Under the pieces are notes generated by a model. It made no database searches. It was not told the DNA's origin and saw only the letters and a program-made list of their open reading frames with translations. DNA of 64,000 nt from Myxococcales bacterium. GTDB lineage: Bacteria; Myxococcota; UBA727; JABDBI01. The position numbers were made by a program, and so were the translations under genes. Within the stretch, counting starts at the first letter, position 1. Each line of letters begins with the position of its first letter. This document shows, piece by piece, positions 18,840 through 29,171 of the stretch. The DNA is taken from positions 162 to 64,161 of the forward strand of contig JAHFEF010000011.1 in assembly GCA_023248545.1 (NCBI GenBank), given 5' to 3'.

Positions 18840-18912
18840 GCCACCTCCGCCTTTCTATTCACAACCACCGCAGGCCTTGACAATAATCCCATAGACTGAA
18901 AATCAAGCACCC

Positions 18913-19374
18913 ATGCTCTCCGCCGAAGAAAAATCAGAAATCGACCACGAAATCACCAAATTTCCGGTTCGACGCTCGGCATGTCTAGAAGCTCTGGCTG
19001 TCGTTCAAAGGCACCGAGGCTGGGTCTCCGATGACACCCTCAAAGCCGTCGCCGACTATGTCGGCATGTCTGCCACTGAATTGGATGGCATCGCAACGTT
19101 TTATAACCTGATCTACCGAAAGCCCGTCGGCAAAAAAGTCGTTCGAATTTGTGACAGCGTGAGTTGTTTTATCATGGGGTATGACAAGATTAGATCCAAA
19201 ATAGAACAAGAACTCGGCATTCAGCTCGGCCAAACAACACCAGACCAAGAATTCACACTCCTGCCAACACCCTGTCTTGGTACCTGTGACCATGCCCCAG
19301 CGCTCATGATCAATGACTCATTGCATCGGGACTTGAATGAAGATAACGTGGCCCAGATTTTGAGACATGAATAA
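18913..19374 (+). CDS. nuoE: NADH-quinone oxidoreductase subunit E (24 kDa)
   Basis: Cys motifs C-x4-C ... CLGTCDHAP of the NuoE 2Fe-2S site. Confidence 0.9.
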   Translation: MLSAEEKSEIDHEITKFPVRRSACLEALAVVQRHRGWVSDDTLKAVADYVGMSATELDGIATFYNLIYRKPVGKKVVRICDSVSCFIMGYDKIRSKIEQELGIQLGQTTPDQEFTLLPTPCLGTCDHAPALMINDSLHRDLNEDNVAQILRHE

Positions 19375-20632
19375 GCCACTGACAGGACATATTCGCACCG
19401 ACGGCGAAGCTATTTGGATCGATGACTATTTGAAGCTGGGCGGCTATCAAAGCCTGTCGGTTATTTCTAAAATGCTCCCGCAAGACGTCACCAAACTAAT
19501 TAACGACTCCGGCCTCATGGGCCGAGGTGGCGCAGGCGTCAGCACTGGTTTTAAAATGGCCGCCGTACCGATGGGTGAAAAAGCCGCTACGCCCAAATAC
19601 TTGATTTGCAACGCCGATGAAATGGAGCCTGGAACGTTCAAAGATCGTTGGCTGCTCGAAGGCAACCCACACCAACTGATCGAAGGCATGTTGGTATCAG
19701 CTTATGCCATCGAAGCCAGTGTGGCTTATATTTTTGTGCGCGGCGAGTACAAACTGGCCATCAAGCGCTTAGAACAGGCCGTGAAAGAGGCCTATTCGAA
19801 AGGATTTTTGGGACAGAGCCTTGACATGCATGTCCACCCCAGTGCAGGGCGCTATATCTGTGGCGAAGAGACAGCGCTCATGAATGCTCTCGAAGGCAAG
19901 CGCGCAACTCCCCGTTCCAAACCCCCATTTCCACCCGCAATTGGCGTGTGGGGCAAGCCAACACTGATTAATAACGTCGAGACACTCTGCAACCTGCCTC
20001 ATATCTTAAACCACGGTATTGATTGGTACAAAGCACTTTCAAAGGGCGTCAATGCGGGAACTAAAATTTATGGCGTCAGTGGCCATGTTAAGAAGCCGGG
20101 CGCTTGGGAGCTCCCCATGGGAACCACCGCTCGTGAACTCCTGGAAGTCCATGCCGGTGGCATGAAAGATGGCTATGAATTTAAAGCTTTATTGCCCGGT
20201 GGAGCATCGACAGACTTTTGGCTTGAAGATAAACTCGACACGCCTATGGACTTCGCCTCGACGGCTAAAATCGGCACCCGCATGGGAACAGGTACGATGA
20301 TTGTTCTCGATGACAAAACCTGCCCCATCGGAATGCTCTTGTCGCTGGAGAAATTTTTCAAGCAAGAATCCTGTGGCTGGTGCACCCCCTGCAGAGACGG
20401 CTTGTCTTGGGTGGCTGAGATATTAAGCGCTTTTGAGCGAGGCGATGGCCGAGAAGCTGATATTGCCCAACTGGAACGCCACGCCAGATTGCTCGGCCCG
20501 GGCAGCACGTTTTGCGCGCTCGCACCTGGTGCCGCCTCGCCACTTGCCACTGGCCTTAAGTATTTCAAAGACGAGTTTTTAAGACACATCCAAGAAAAAA
20601 GCTGCCCCTATGCCAACCATCTTCATCGATAA
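19367..20632 (+). CDS. nuoF: NADH-quinone oxidoreductase subunit F (51 kDa)
   Basis: GRGGAGVSTGFK (FMN/NADH site) and ESCGWCTPCRDG (4Fe-4S). Confidence 0.95.
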   Translation: MNKPLTGHIRTDGEAIWIDDYLKLGGYQSLSVISKMLPQDVTKLINDSGLMGRGGAGVSTGFKMAAVPMGEKAATPKYLICNADEMEPGTFKDRWLLEGNPHQLIEGMLVSAYAIEASVAYIFVRGEYKLAIKRLEQAVKEAYSKGFLGQSLDMHVHPSAGRYICGEETALMNALEGKRATPRSKPPFPPAIGVWGKPTLINNVETLCNLPHILNHGIDWYKALSKGVNAGTKIYGVSGHVKKPGAWELPMGTTARELLEVHAGGMKDGYEFKALLPGGASTDFWLEDKLDTPMDFASTAKIGTRMGTGTMIVLDDKTCPIGMLLSLEKFFKQESCGWCTPCRDGLSWVAEILSAFERGDGREADIAQLERHARLLGPGSTFCALAPGAASPLATGLKYFKDEFLRHIQEKSCPYANHLHR

Positions 20633-22718
20633 CAAGCCCTATAACGTGCAACCAGGTCAAAACGTGTTACACGCGGCGGTTTCACATGGCTTAAATCTGC
20701 CTTATTTTTGTTGGCACCCAGCATTGGGCTCTGCCGGAGCCTGTCGACAATGTGCGGTTCAGCACTTCAAAGATGAGTCAGACACCCAAGGCCGTATGGT
20801 CATGTCCTGCATGACAGCGGCCACAGAGGGATCCCGCTTTTCAATCAACCACCCCACGGCCAAATCTTTTAGAGCCGATATTATCGAATGGATGATGACC
20901 AATCACCCGCATGATTGTCCCGTTTGCGATGAAGGCGGTGAGTGTCACCTTCAAGACATGACCGTCATGACCGGTCACAATAAACGCCGATATCGGTTCA
21001 AAAAAAGAACTTTTGAAAATCAAGATCTAGGCCCGCATATTAATCATGAGATGAACCGCTGTATCACGTGCTATCGCTGCGTGCGTTATTACAGAGACGT
21101 TGCCGGTGGTGAAGATTTGCACGCGTTTTCAGCCAGCAACAAAGTCTATTTTGGGCGCTTCGAAGATGGGCCATTAGACAGTGAATTCAGTGGCAACTTG
21201 GTCGAAGTCTGCCCAACCGGCGTTTTCACGGACAAAACTTTTAGAGCTTATTATAGTCGTAAATGGGATTTGCAAACTGCGCCGTCGATTTGCCAAAATT
21301 GCAGCCTGGGGTGCAATATCAGCCCCGGCGAGCGTTTGGGCACTCTTAGGCGTGTCCAAAACAGATTTCATCCTGAAATTAACGGCTACTTTTTGTGCGA
21401 TAAAGGCCGCTTTGGACATCGATTTGTCAACGAGAAAAATCAAGTCAAGGTGGTCCATCCCATTGGCCCACTGATCAAAGAAGGCCTCATGATTGGCATT
21501 GGCAGCCCGCGGGCGTCGCTGGAAGCTAATTATGCGCTGCGCAAACTCGTCGGCGCCGATAATTTTTACGATGGTCATACCGAACTCGAACACAGACTGC
21601 TGTCTAAAATCATGGAGATTTTAAGTCAGCACCCTGAAACAGCCTCTCTTGAAGATGTTCGAAATGCTGACGCTGTGTTTATTTTAGGCGAAGATTTAAC
21701 TCAGACCGCCCCGATGCTGGCGTTATCAATTCGGCAGAATTTATACAAACGCGCTCAAGATGGAGCAGGCACCCAAGGCATCCCCGATTGGAATGACCTG
21801 GCCATCCGAAATGCCCAGCCTGAGTTACCCAAAGTAGTTTATTTGGCCCATGACATACCGACCAAACTGGATCCGCTGGTAACGCATAAGATCAGCACGG
21901 ACTTGGAAAGCATTCAAGATTGGATTCCGGCGTTGAAAGCCGCCAAAAACCCCGTGATTATCGCCGGGACGAGCTTAGGCTCAGAGCCGCTCATTCGCAT
22001 GAGCATCGAACTGCGCAAAATGGCGCCGCAGGCAAAGCTTTGTTATGTGCTGCCAGCAGCCAACAGCTTTGGGTTGATGTTGTTGAAACCAAAAAGTACG
22101 CCCCTCTTGACGCACAGAGGGGAGACGGCGATTGTACTGGAAAATAATCTACCCTTGAGCACACTCAGTCATTTGCATAATATCATCGCCATTGATTTTC
22201 TAGAAAGTGAAACAACTAAAAATGCCACGTTGGCACTTGGTTGTGGCAGCTTTGCCGAAACAACTGGCAGCATGGTGAACAACGAAGGCCGTGCACAGCG
22301 CTATTATTCTGTATTTGAACGTCGAGAACAGCGGCCGGAGAGCTGGCGTATTTTGAGAGATCTGGGGGATTTTAGCTGGCAGAATATCGATGAGCTTTGT
22401 GCTGAGTTTGCACAAGAATTTCCCATATTCGAACCCTTTCTGAAACAAGTTCACAACACCCAATTTAGAATCGACGGACAAAAAATCGCTAGGCAATCAC
22501 CCGAATTCAGTGGCCGAACGTCGATGTATACGAATATCAGCCTGCATGAACAAGCGCCTTTGCAAGATCCAGATTCGCCACTGGCCTACTCCATGGAAGG
22601 CTACCACGGAGACATGCCGCCGGACTTGGCTTCTTCGTATTGGAGACCCGGGTGGAACTCCGTTTCGGCGTTTAACAGTCTTTCACATGCCACCAGTGGA
22701 GTTAAACTAAAGCCGTGA
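20610..22718 (+). CDS. nuoG: NADH-quinone oxidoreductase subunit G (75 kDa)
   Basis: N-terminal 2Fe-2S CWHPALGSAGACRQC, then HPHDCPVCDEGGECHLQD and CITCYRCVRY clusters. 702 aa. Confidence 0.9.
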   Translation: MPTIFIDNKPYNVQPGQNVLHAAVSHGLNLPYFCWHPALGSAGACRQCAVQHFKDESDTQGRMVMSCMTAATEGSRFSINHPTAKSFRADIIEWMMTNHPHDCPVCDEGGECHLQDMTVMTGHNKRRYRFKKRTFENQDLGPHINHEMNRCITCYRCVRYYRDVAGGEDLHAFSASNKVYFGRFEDGPLDSEFSGNLVEVCPTGVFTDKTFRAYYSRKWDLQTAPSICQNCSLGCNISPGERLGTLRRVQNRFHPEINGYFLCDKGRFGHRFVNEKNQVKVVHPIGPLIKEGLMIGIGSPRASLEANYALRKLVGADNFYDGHTELEHRLLSKIMEILSQHPETASLEDVRNADAVFILGEDLTQTAPMLALSIRQNLYKRAQDGAGTQGIPDWNDLAIRNAQPELPKVVYLAHDIPTKLDPLVTHKISTDLESIQDWIPALKAAKNPVIIAGTSLGSEPLIRMSIELRKMAPQAKLCYVLPAANSFGLMLLKPKSTPLLTHRGETAIVLENNLPLSTLSHLHNIIAIDFLESETTKNATLALGCGSFAETTGSMVNNEGRAQRYYSVFERREQRPESWRILRDLGDFSWQNIDELCAEFAQEFPIFEPFLKQVHNTQFRIDGQKIARQSPEFSGRTSMYTNISLHEQAPLQDPDSPLAYSMEGYHGDMPPDLASSYWRPGWNSVSAFNSLSHATSGVKLKP

Positions 22719-23650
22719 CGCTATTTTTGATTCCAATTTGCATGCTCTTGGGACCCATTACGATCGCGTCGCTGTTGGTGTGGGGTGAACGACGGTTATT
22801 AGCACTGTTTCAAGAACGCCATGGGCCTAATCGAATTGGAATTCTTGGCCTCGGGCAACTGCCCGCCGATATTCTCAAAATGTTCTTCAAGCAAGATTGG
22901 ATTCCGCCATTTGCAGACAAGTTTGTATTTGTACTCGCACCGGCGATTATTATGAGCACCAGCTTGCTCTCTTTCATGGTGATTCCAGCCGCACCTGGAT
23001 TTGTCGTACTGGATTCTGAAATAGGCCTATTGATTTTCTTGGCCCTCTCTTCGTTGGGTGCCTATTCGGTTGTTTTGGCAGGCTGGTCGTCGAACAACAA
23101 GTATGCGCTCCTAGGAGGACTCAGAGCGGCTGGCCAAATGTTAGGCTACGAAGTTTTTATGGGGCTGAGTATTATGGGTGTCGCTGCCCGCGCAGGTTCT
23201 TTCAATCTCAGCAAAATAGTCGAATCACAAACTGGTTGTTGGAATATCCTGCCGCAAATACTGGGCTTCGTGATTTTTTATATTGCCGCGTTGGCTGAAA
23301 CGCATCGAACGCCGTTTGACCTGGCTGAAGCCGAAAGTGAACTGGTCGCCGGGTTTCACGCCGAATACAGTGGCCTCAAATTTGGCATGTTTTTTGTGGG
23401 CGAATACGTCGGCGTAACGCTCATGTCTGCCATGATGACCGTTTTATTTTTGGGCGGGTGGCAGGGGCCGTTGTTGCCCCCTGTTGTTTGGTTCACAATT
23501 AAAACTTGCCTCTTAATTTGCAGCTTTGTTTTAGTTCGGGGAACTTTGCCGAGGCTACGCTATGACCAGCTGATCGTGATGGGTTGGAAATACCTATTGC
23601 CACTGGCTTTGTTTAATTTGCTCGTTACCGCCGGGGTTATTTTATGGTGA
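22715..23650 (+). CDS. nuoH: NADH-quinone oxidoreductase subunit H
   Basis: Polytopic membrane protein with the conserved GERRLLA... and [21 protein letters not shown] motifs. Confidence 0.9.
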   Translation: MTLFLIPICMLLGPITIASLLVWGERRLLALFQERHGPNRIGILGLGQLPADILKMFFKQDWIPPFADKFVFVLAPAIIMSTSLLSFMVIPAAPGFVVLDSEIGLLIFLALSSLGAYSVVLAGWSSNNKYALLGGLRAAGQMLGYEVFMGLSIMGVAARAGSFNLSKIVESQTGCWNILPQILGFVIFYIAALAETHRTPFDLAEAESELVAGFHAEYSGLKFGMFFVGEYVGVTLMSAMMTVLFLGGWQGPLLPPVVWFTIKTCLLICSFVLVRGTLPRLRYDQLIVMGWKYLLPLALFNLLVTAGVILW

Positions 23651-24159
23651 GCATTTTAAAAGGCCTGTGGCTCGTTTTTAAACATGCTTTTAACAAGCCT
23701 GTCACGGTACAATATCCAGAAGAAAAGCCCAAATTATCCCCTAGATATCGGGGCCGAATTATTTTAACACGGGACCCAGATGGTGCCGAGCGTTGCGTAG
23801 CCTGCTATCTGTGTTCGAGTGTTTGTCCTGTGGAGTGTATCTCGCTGCAAGCCACTGAAGATGAAACGGGTCGAAGATACCCCAAGACTTTTAGGATTAA
23901 TTTTTCACGCTGCATTTATTGCGGCCTGTGCGAAGAGGCTTGCCCAACCACGGCGATTCAGCTAACGCCTGACTTCGAAATGGCTGAATATCGGCGCGAA
24001 AACATGGTGTATGAAAAAGAGCATTTACTCATATCTGGCCCCGGAAAATACCCAGGCTATAATTTTTACAAAGTAGCTGGGTTGTCTATCGGTGGCAAAG
24101 CCAAAGGCGAGGCCTTAAACGAGAATCCTCCTGTAGACCTCAGGAGCCTCATGCCATGA
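23644..24159 (+). CDS. nuoI: NADH-quinone oxidoreductase subunit I
   Basis: Two 4Fe-4S ferredoxin motifs [12 protein letters not shown] and [12 protein letters not shown]. Confidence 0.9.
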   Translation: MVSILKGLWLVFKHAFNKPVTVQYPEEKPKLSPRYRGRIILTRDPDGAERCVACYLCSSVCPVECISLQATEDETGRRYPKTFRINFSRCIYCGLCEEACPTTAIQLTPDFEMAEYRRENMVYEKEHLLISGPGKYPGYNFYKVAGLSIGGKAKGEALNENPPVDLRSLMP

Positions 24160-24602
24160 GTTTGTTTTATGTGGCCTCGACAATTGCAATCGTGGCGACT
24201 TTCATGGCCATGATTTCACGCCATGCTGTGCATGCTTTGTTGTATTTTGTACTATCTGCCCTGGCCTTAAGTTTGGTCATCTATGACCTGGGTGCACCCT
24301 TTGCGGCAGTATTAGAAGTGATTATTTATGCCGGCGCTATTATGGTGCTGTTTGTATTTGTGGTCATGCTGCTCAACCCAAGTCGGGATTTGAATCGGAA
24401 AAGCTTGCTGCTGCCGGGTTTGTTGGGTTTGGGATTGGTGGCGGAGCTTTGCTGGAAGAACCTCACCCCCGCCTTCGCCAAGGCTTCGGCGGGCACGCCC
24501 ATTATGATCGCATTGTTCCAAGAATATGGGACGCTGGTTGAATTGGTGTCGTTCTTATTACTGGCTGGCCTGCTGGCAGCCTATCGCATAGGTAAAAAAT
24601 GA
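24156..24602 (+). CDS. nuoJ: NADH-quinone oxidoreductase subunit J
   Basis: Position in the operon. 148-aa multi-TM protein. Confidence 0.8.
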   Translation: MSLFYVASTIAIVATFMAMISRHAVHALLYFVLSALALSLVIYDLGAPFAAVLEVIIYAGAIMVLFVFVVMLLNPSRDLNRKSLLLPGLLGLGLVAELCWKNLTPAFAKASAGTPIMIALFQEYGTLVELVSFLLLAGLLAAYRIGKK

Positions 24603-24871
24603 ACGAAATATTAGTGGTATCCAGTATTTTGTTTGGTTTGGGTGCGTTTGGCGTTGTGCTGAGGCGCAATTTGTTATTTATCTTGCTGGGCATCGAAGTT
24701 ATGTTGAACGCCGCTGCGTTTGCATTCGTGGGCATTGCTTGCAAGCTGGGCCAGGTCGATGGCCAGGTCATGTTTTTGCTGATTGCATCGGTTGCGGCTG
24801 CTGAAATAGGCATTGGTTTGGCGCTCTTAATGGCATATGACCGGATTTTTAAGACGATCGATTTAGGTTAA
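24599..24871 (+). CDS. nuoK: NADH-quinone oxidoreductase subunit K
   Basis: 90-aa 3-TM protein with the conserved acidic residues (GIEVMLNAA, AAAEIGIGLAL). Confidence 0.85.
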   Translation: MNEILVVSSILFGLGAFGVVLRRNLLFILLGIEVMLNAAAFAFVGIACKLGQVDGQVMFLLIASVAAAEIGIGLALLMAYDRIFKTIDLG

Positions 24872-24874
24872 CCT

Positions 24875-26698
24875 ATGCAATTGGCCATCATACCCGCGCT
24901 CCCAATTATTGTTTCAGCCCTGCTGGCGCTGTTTGGCGATCGGTTTTCGAAAAAGCTTGCGTCGTGGCTGGGCGTTCTGGGAATTGGCTTGTCTTTTGTG
25001 GCGGCGCTTGGGGTCGTCCTGTTTCTATTTACGGGTTCTAAAGACTTTCAAGCCTATCGTGAAATCTTATGGACCTGGATTCCGTTTTATTCGTCTGAAC
25101 TAGACACAGCGACGATTCAAATGGCATTTTATTTGGATGCCTTGTCAGCCGTGATGCTCATGGTCGTGACTTTTATCTCTAGTTTAATCGCCATTTTTTC
25201 GGTGGCATTTATGGAAGACGACGCTGAAGTCAGCTGGTTTTTCGCCTGCATGAACTTGTTTGTAGGCATGATGCTGATTTTGGTCTTGGCAGATAATTTT
25301 CTGGTCTTATTTTTGGGCTGGGAAGGCGTTGGGCTCACCAGTTATTTATTAATCGGATTTTGGCGCAATGATATTTTAAATGGCCGTGCGGCTACCAAGG
25401 CGTTTATTACAACACGAATTGGCGACGTGTGTTTGCTATTTGGGATTTTCTTGGTATTTTCGAGTTTTGGCACGCTGAATATTCAAGAAGTTTTGGATCT
25501 GGCCGACGCCAATTGGCCTGTTGGTTCACTGATTGCGACGCTAACAGCTTTATGTTTTCTCGGTGGAGCCGTGGGTAAATCGGCTCAGCTGCCCCTGCAA
25601 ACTTGGTTGGCTGACGCCATGCGTGGACCGACGCCGGTCAGTGCGCTGATTCACGCGGCTACGATGGTGACTGCGGGTGTGTATTTGATCGCTCGTGTCG
25701 GAACCATTTTTGCGCTGTCTCCCATCGCTTCTGCAGCAGTCATGTGGGTTGGGGCAGCAACTCTCGTGATGGCCGGTATTGCAGCATTGCTGCAAAATGA
25801 TTTAAAACGCATCCTAGCTTACTCGACGATGAGTCAGTTGGGTTACATGTTCTTAGCTCTGGGTGCGGGGGCTTATTCAGCCGCAATTTTTCACTTAGCC
25901 ACACATGCTTGTTTTAAAGCGCTGTTATTTTTAGGTGCCGGCGTGATTGGGTACTTATTTCACCATGAGTATAGCCTCACTAAAATCAGCAATCTGCGTT
26001 ATCAGTTCCCGTTGATATTCTGGGTGTTTTTAATTGGATTGGGATCTTTGACGGCGTTGCCATTGATAACAGCCGGATTTTACAGCAAAGAATTAATTTT
26101 ATCTGAGGTGTTTTTGTCGAAACAGGGCGGCCTATTGCCCTGGGCCATCGGAGCGTTTGGTGCGTTGTTGACGGGGGCCTATTCAGGAAGATTATTTTGG
26201 TTGTTGTTCGCGCCTTCTGGCCTGTCCGCCGTAGCCTCAGCGAAGGCGGAAGAGGGAAGAAGCATAGGCAGGTGTATGGGATTGCCATTGTCTATCTTGG
26301 CCATCCTGTCGCTCACAACCGGGTTTTTACCAATTGCCAGCTTTGCAAATCGCACTGTCTTGGCACCGGTCTTAACTTCCGAAAATCATATTTGGAAGCT
26401 CGAAATAATCGCCACAGTACTTGGAATCCTTGGAATCTTGATTGGCACACGCGTCAAAATCTGGAAAACCATGCCTCAGTTCGACGCTCTATACGAGGGC
26501 ATTTTTACAAAACCCTACAGCACGATCTCGCTGTTTATGCGAGCTGACCCCATTCGCGCGGTTTATAGGCTGTTTGTTTTATTGGCTGGTTTTTTCCAGT
26601 ATCTGCTTGCCAGGCTCCAGACAGGTCATCTGTCACACTATGTCACCGCGCTGGTCATCGCTGTCATATTGATTTTAGGCTATAGGATGTTTTCATGA
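24875..26698 (+). CDS. nuoL: NADH-quinone oxidoreductase subunit L
   Basis: Antiporter-like subunit with WLADAMRGPTPVSALIHAATMVTAGVYL. Confidence 0.9.
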   Translation: MQLAIIPALPIIVSALLALFGDRFSKKLASWLGVLGIGLSFVAALGVVLFLFTGSKDFQAYREILWTWIPFYSSELDTATIQMAFYLDALSAVMLMVVTFISSLIAIFSVAFMEDDAEVSWFFACMNLFVGMMLILVLADNFLVLFLGWEGVGLTSYLLIGFWRNDILNGRAATKAFITTRIGDVCLLFGIFLVFSSFGTLNIQEVLDLADANWPVGSLIATLTALCFLGGAVGKSAQLPLQTWLADAMRGPTPVSALIHAATMVTAGVYLIARVGTIFALSPIASAAVMWVGAATLVMAGIAALLQNDLKRILAYSTMSQLGYMFLALGAGAYSAAIFHLATHACFKALLFLGAGVIGYLFHHEYSLTKISNLRYQFPLIFWVFLIGLGSLTALPLITAGFYSKELILSEVFLSKQGGLLPWAIGAFGALLTGAYSGRLFWLLFAPSGLSAVASAKAEEGRSIGRCMGLPLSILAILSLTTGFLPIASFANRTVLAPVLTSENHIWKLEIIATVLGILGILIGTRVKIWKTMPQFDALYEGIFTKPYSTISLFMRADPIRAVYRLFVLLAGFFQYLLARLQTGHLSHYVTALVIAVILILGYRMFS

Positions 26699-28080
26699 TA
26701 TTGCTGCTGTTGCTGATAATCCCCCTGCTGGGCGGCGTGTTGGGCCTACTTTGGCAGCGCAGAGCGAGCTCACTCTCAGCTTTCAGCATTGCGAGCGTGT
26801 TCGCACTCACGCTGTATGCCTATTTCTGGGGTGAATCTCGGACCGGCCTTGAAGATTTTTGGCTGTTAGAGTTTAAGGCGGATTGGTTTTACTTAGGACT
26901 CGATGGTCTGTCTTTTGTGCTGTTGCTTACCTCTGAAATTATGGCCGGGCTGGCGCTGGTACTCAGCTTCGATAAACCCAAGGAGCAGTTTTTCTTACTC
27001 ACGACGGTGTCTGGCTTAATCGGATTGTTGCTGTCGATTGACTTGCTTTCTTTCTTTGTGTTCTGGGAGCTCATGCTGGTGCCCGTGTATTTTTGGGTGC
27101 TGCTTTATGGCAAGGAGCGAAAAATATTTGCAGCGCTGCAATTTATTATTTTTACGCAATTAAGTGGCCTTATTTTGCTGGCTTCTATCATTGCTTTGTT
27201 TAACTACACTGGCACACTCGATATTAATCAGCTGAGCGGCATCCAACTTCCAGCAGGGCCTGAATTCTGGATCGCGTCGGGGTTCACGCTGGCGTTTTTG
27301 ATCAAGTTGCCGGCATTTCCATTGCACACATGGATGCCGAGCTTGTTTAGAGATGCACCGATTCCGGCCATCCTAGTTGGCCTACTCATTAAGACAGGTG
27401 CTTATGGTTTATTGCGTTTTGTGTTGCCCTTATTTCCACAAAGTGCGCAAGTGCTTGCTCCATTCATGATGTTTCTGGGAGGCATCGGCGTGATTTATGG
27501 TGCTGTATTGGCTTTCTCACAAAAAAATCCACGCAAAGTCCTCGCTTTCTCGACGTTGAGCCATGCCAGCCTCATGCTCATGGGTTTGTTTAGCAATAAC
27601 TTGCTGGCGTTAAGTGGCGTGATTGTCCTGATACTTACACACGCACTGGCCAGCGCAGGGCTGTTTGTTGCGCTGGAAGCACACTTTGGGTTCAGTTTGT
27701 TTTTTGCCATGGCTCTGCTGGGGTTGCCCGGATTAGGTAACTTTGTCGGCGAGCTATTGTTGCTGTTTGGGCTTTTTCAACAGCATCCGTGGGCAGCAAT
27801 GATTGGAGCGACGAGCTTGGTACTCGGAGCTGCTTATATGCTGAGATTAATCATCCAGCTCTATTATGGGTCTGCAACCACCAACAGCCTCAAGAAATCG
27901 CCCGTACTGGCCTGTACTGGGGTTGCCATGATTTTGCTTTGGATAGGCCTGTCTCCGGCGCCGTTGCTCGACCTTGTTGTTCCAACCTGGAAGGATGAAA
28001 ACACAGAACCTAGCCAAGAGCCAGAGCCTGAACCGGGGCCTGGTGAAGAGCTTAGTTTGGAAGGAGCAGGCAACGCATGA
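26695..28080 (+). CDS. nuoM: NADH-quinone oxidoreductase subunit M (low-complexity acidic/Pro C-terminal tail)
   Basis: Antiporter-like fold. Tail EPSQEPEPEPGPGEELSLEGAGNA. Confidence 0.9.
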   Translation: MILLLLLIIPLLGGVLGLLWQRRASSLSAFSIASVFALTLYAYFWGESRTGLEDFWLLEFKADWFYLGLDGLSFVLLLTSEIMAGLALVLSFDKPKEQFFLLTTVSGLIGLLLSIDLLSFFVFWELMLVPVYFWVLLYGKERKIFAALQFIIFTQLSGLILLASIIALFNYTGTLDINQLSGIQLPAGPEFWIASGFTLAFLIKLPAFPLHTWMPSLFRDAPIPAILVGLLIKTGAYGLLRFVLPLFPQSAQVLAPFMMFLGGIGVIYGAVLAFSQKNPRKVLAFSTLSHASLMLMGLFSNNLLALSGVIVLILTHALASAGLFVALEAHFGFSLFFAMALLGLPGLGNFVGELLLLFGLFQQHPWAAMIGATSLVLGAAYMLRLIIQLYYGSATTNSLKKSPVLACTGVAMILLWIGLSPAPLLDLVVPTWKDENTEPSQEPEPEPGPGEELSLEGAGNA

Positions 28081-29171
28081 CGGCATTTGAATGGCTATTG
28101 GCCCCGATTGCACTGGGCATCACGGTTTTGCTCTTGCAGGCAGCTTTTGCTCGGTCCAACAGGGCATCGCTCGCGATCTCTGTCCTAAGTCTAGTCACCT
28201 CCTATTATTGGGGTCACAACTATTTTGATCAACTCATACTCATATCATCTGTCGCTGTTATTTTCTTCGCGTGTCTCAAAGAAGGATCCAGCGAAGAGTT
28301 TAAGATTTTGATCTTGCTCAGCACCTTGGGAGCTCTCACCTGTATTCACAGCGATAATTGGATGAATTTGTTTGTGGGCATCGAATTGCTCACACTCCCC
28401 ATTTATGGGCTGATTGCTTGGGATGCGCATAATTCTAAGAATATTCAGGCTGCGATTAAATATTTGGTCTTGGCTGGTGGGTCGTCGGCTTTTTTGCTTT
28501 TAGGCATGGCATTTTTATACGCTGAGCCAGGCTCGATGGCGTTGCAACTTGGCAGTGCCAAAGGCTCTTTGTTGCTCTTTGTAGGCATTGGCTTTAAATT
28601 AAGCTTAGCGCCGTTTCACCTGTGGACTGGCGATGTCTATGAAGACGCGCCCTTGCCAGTTACCGGCTTTTTGGCAACGGTCTCCAAGATCGCGTTGGTG
28701 GGTGTTCTTGTCCATGTAAACCCCACCCAAGCGGTCACGCCTGTCCTGAGCGCCATGGCAATTCTTTCGATGATCGCTGGAAGTTTGTTGACTCTGCGGC
28801 AACAAAACATGAGCCGATTTTTAGGGTACTCGTCTATTGCTCACATGGGTTATATTTTGGTTGCGTGGTTGGTCGGTGGAAACATAGGTTTTTACCTAGC
28901 GGCTTACACCGTGACTCTCTTGCTCATATTCTGGATGCTGTCTTGGAACCCTGAAAGCAAAGCAGGTTCTCTCGGGCTGGTTTTTGGTTTTCTGTCGCTC
29001 ATGGGCCTGCCTATTCTGCCTATTTTCTGGGGGAAATATCAAATTTTGCTCACCGCCTTTAGCAGCGAACACTGGTGGTTATTTGGCGTCTTTGTGTTTT
29101 CGAGTTTGATTGGCGTCTATGGTTATGCTCGCTTGATTGCGAGAGTTTGTTTGAGGAGTGTTCAGGCATGA
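28077..29171 (+). CDS. nuoN: NADH-quinone oxidoreductase subunit N (short, 364 aa)
   Basis: Position and antiporter-like TM pattern. Shorter than the typical ~480 aa. Confidence 0.8.
   Translation: MTAFEWLLAPIALGITVLLLQAAFARSNRASLAISVLSLVTSYYWGHNYFDQLILISSVAVIFFACLKEGSSEEFKILILLSTLGALTCIHSDNWMNLFVGIELLTLPIYGLIAWDAHNSKNIQAAIKYLVLAGGSSAFLLLGMAFLYAEPGSMALQLGSAKGSLLLFVGIGFKLSLAPFHLWTGDVYEDAPLPVTGFLATVSKIALVGVLVHVNPTQAVTPVLSAMAILSMIAGSLLTLRQQNMSRFLGYSSIAHMGYILVAWLVGGNIGFYLAAYTVTLLLIFWMLSWNPESKAGSLGLVFGFLSLMGLPILPIFWGKYQILLTAFSSEHWWLFGVFVFSSLIGVYGYARLIARVCLRSVQA

Noticed and set aside
18876-18912. possible promoter (TTGACA ... TGAAAAT) upstream of nuoE
   Set aside because: The -10 is poor and lies only ~8 nt from the ATG. 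Too uncertain to call.
29075-29167. upstream extension of the DsbA-like ORF starting at 29075
   Set aside because: It would overlap nuoN by 97 nt and precede the signal peptide; ATG 29168 gives a proper lipoprotein signal.
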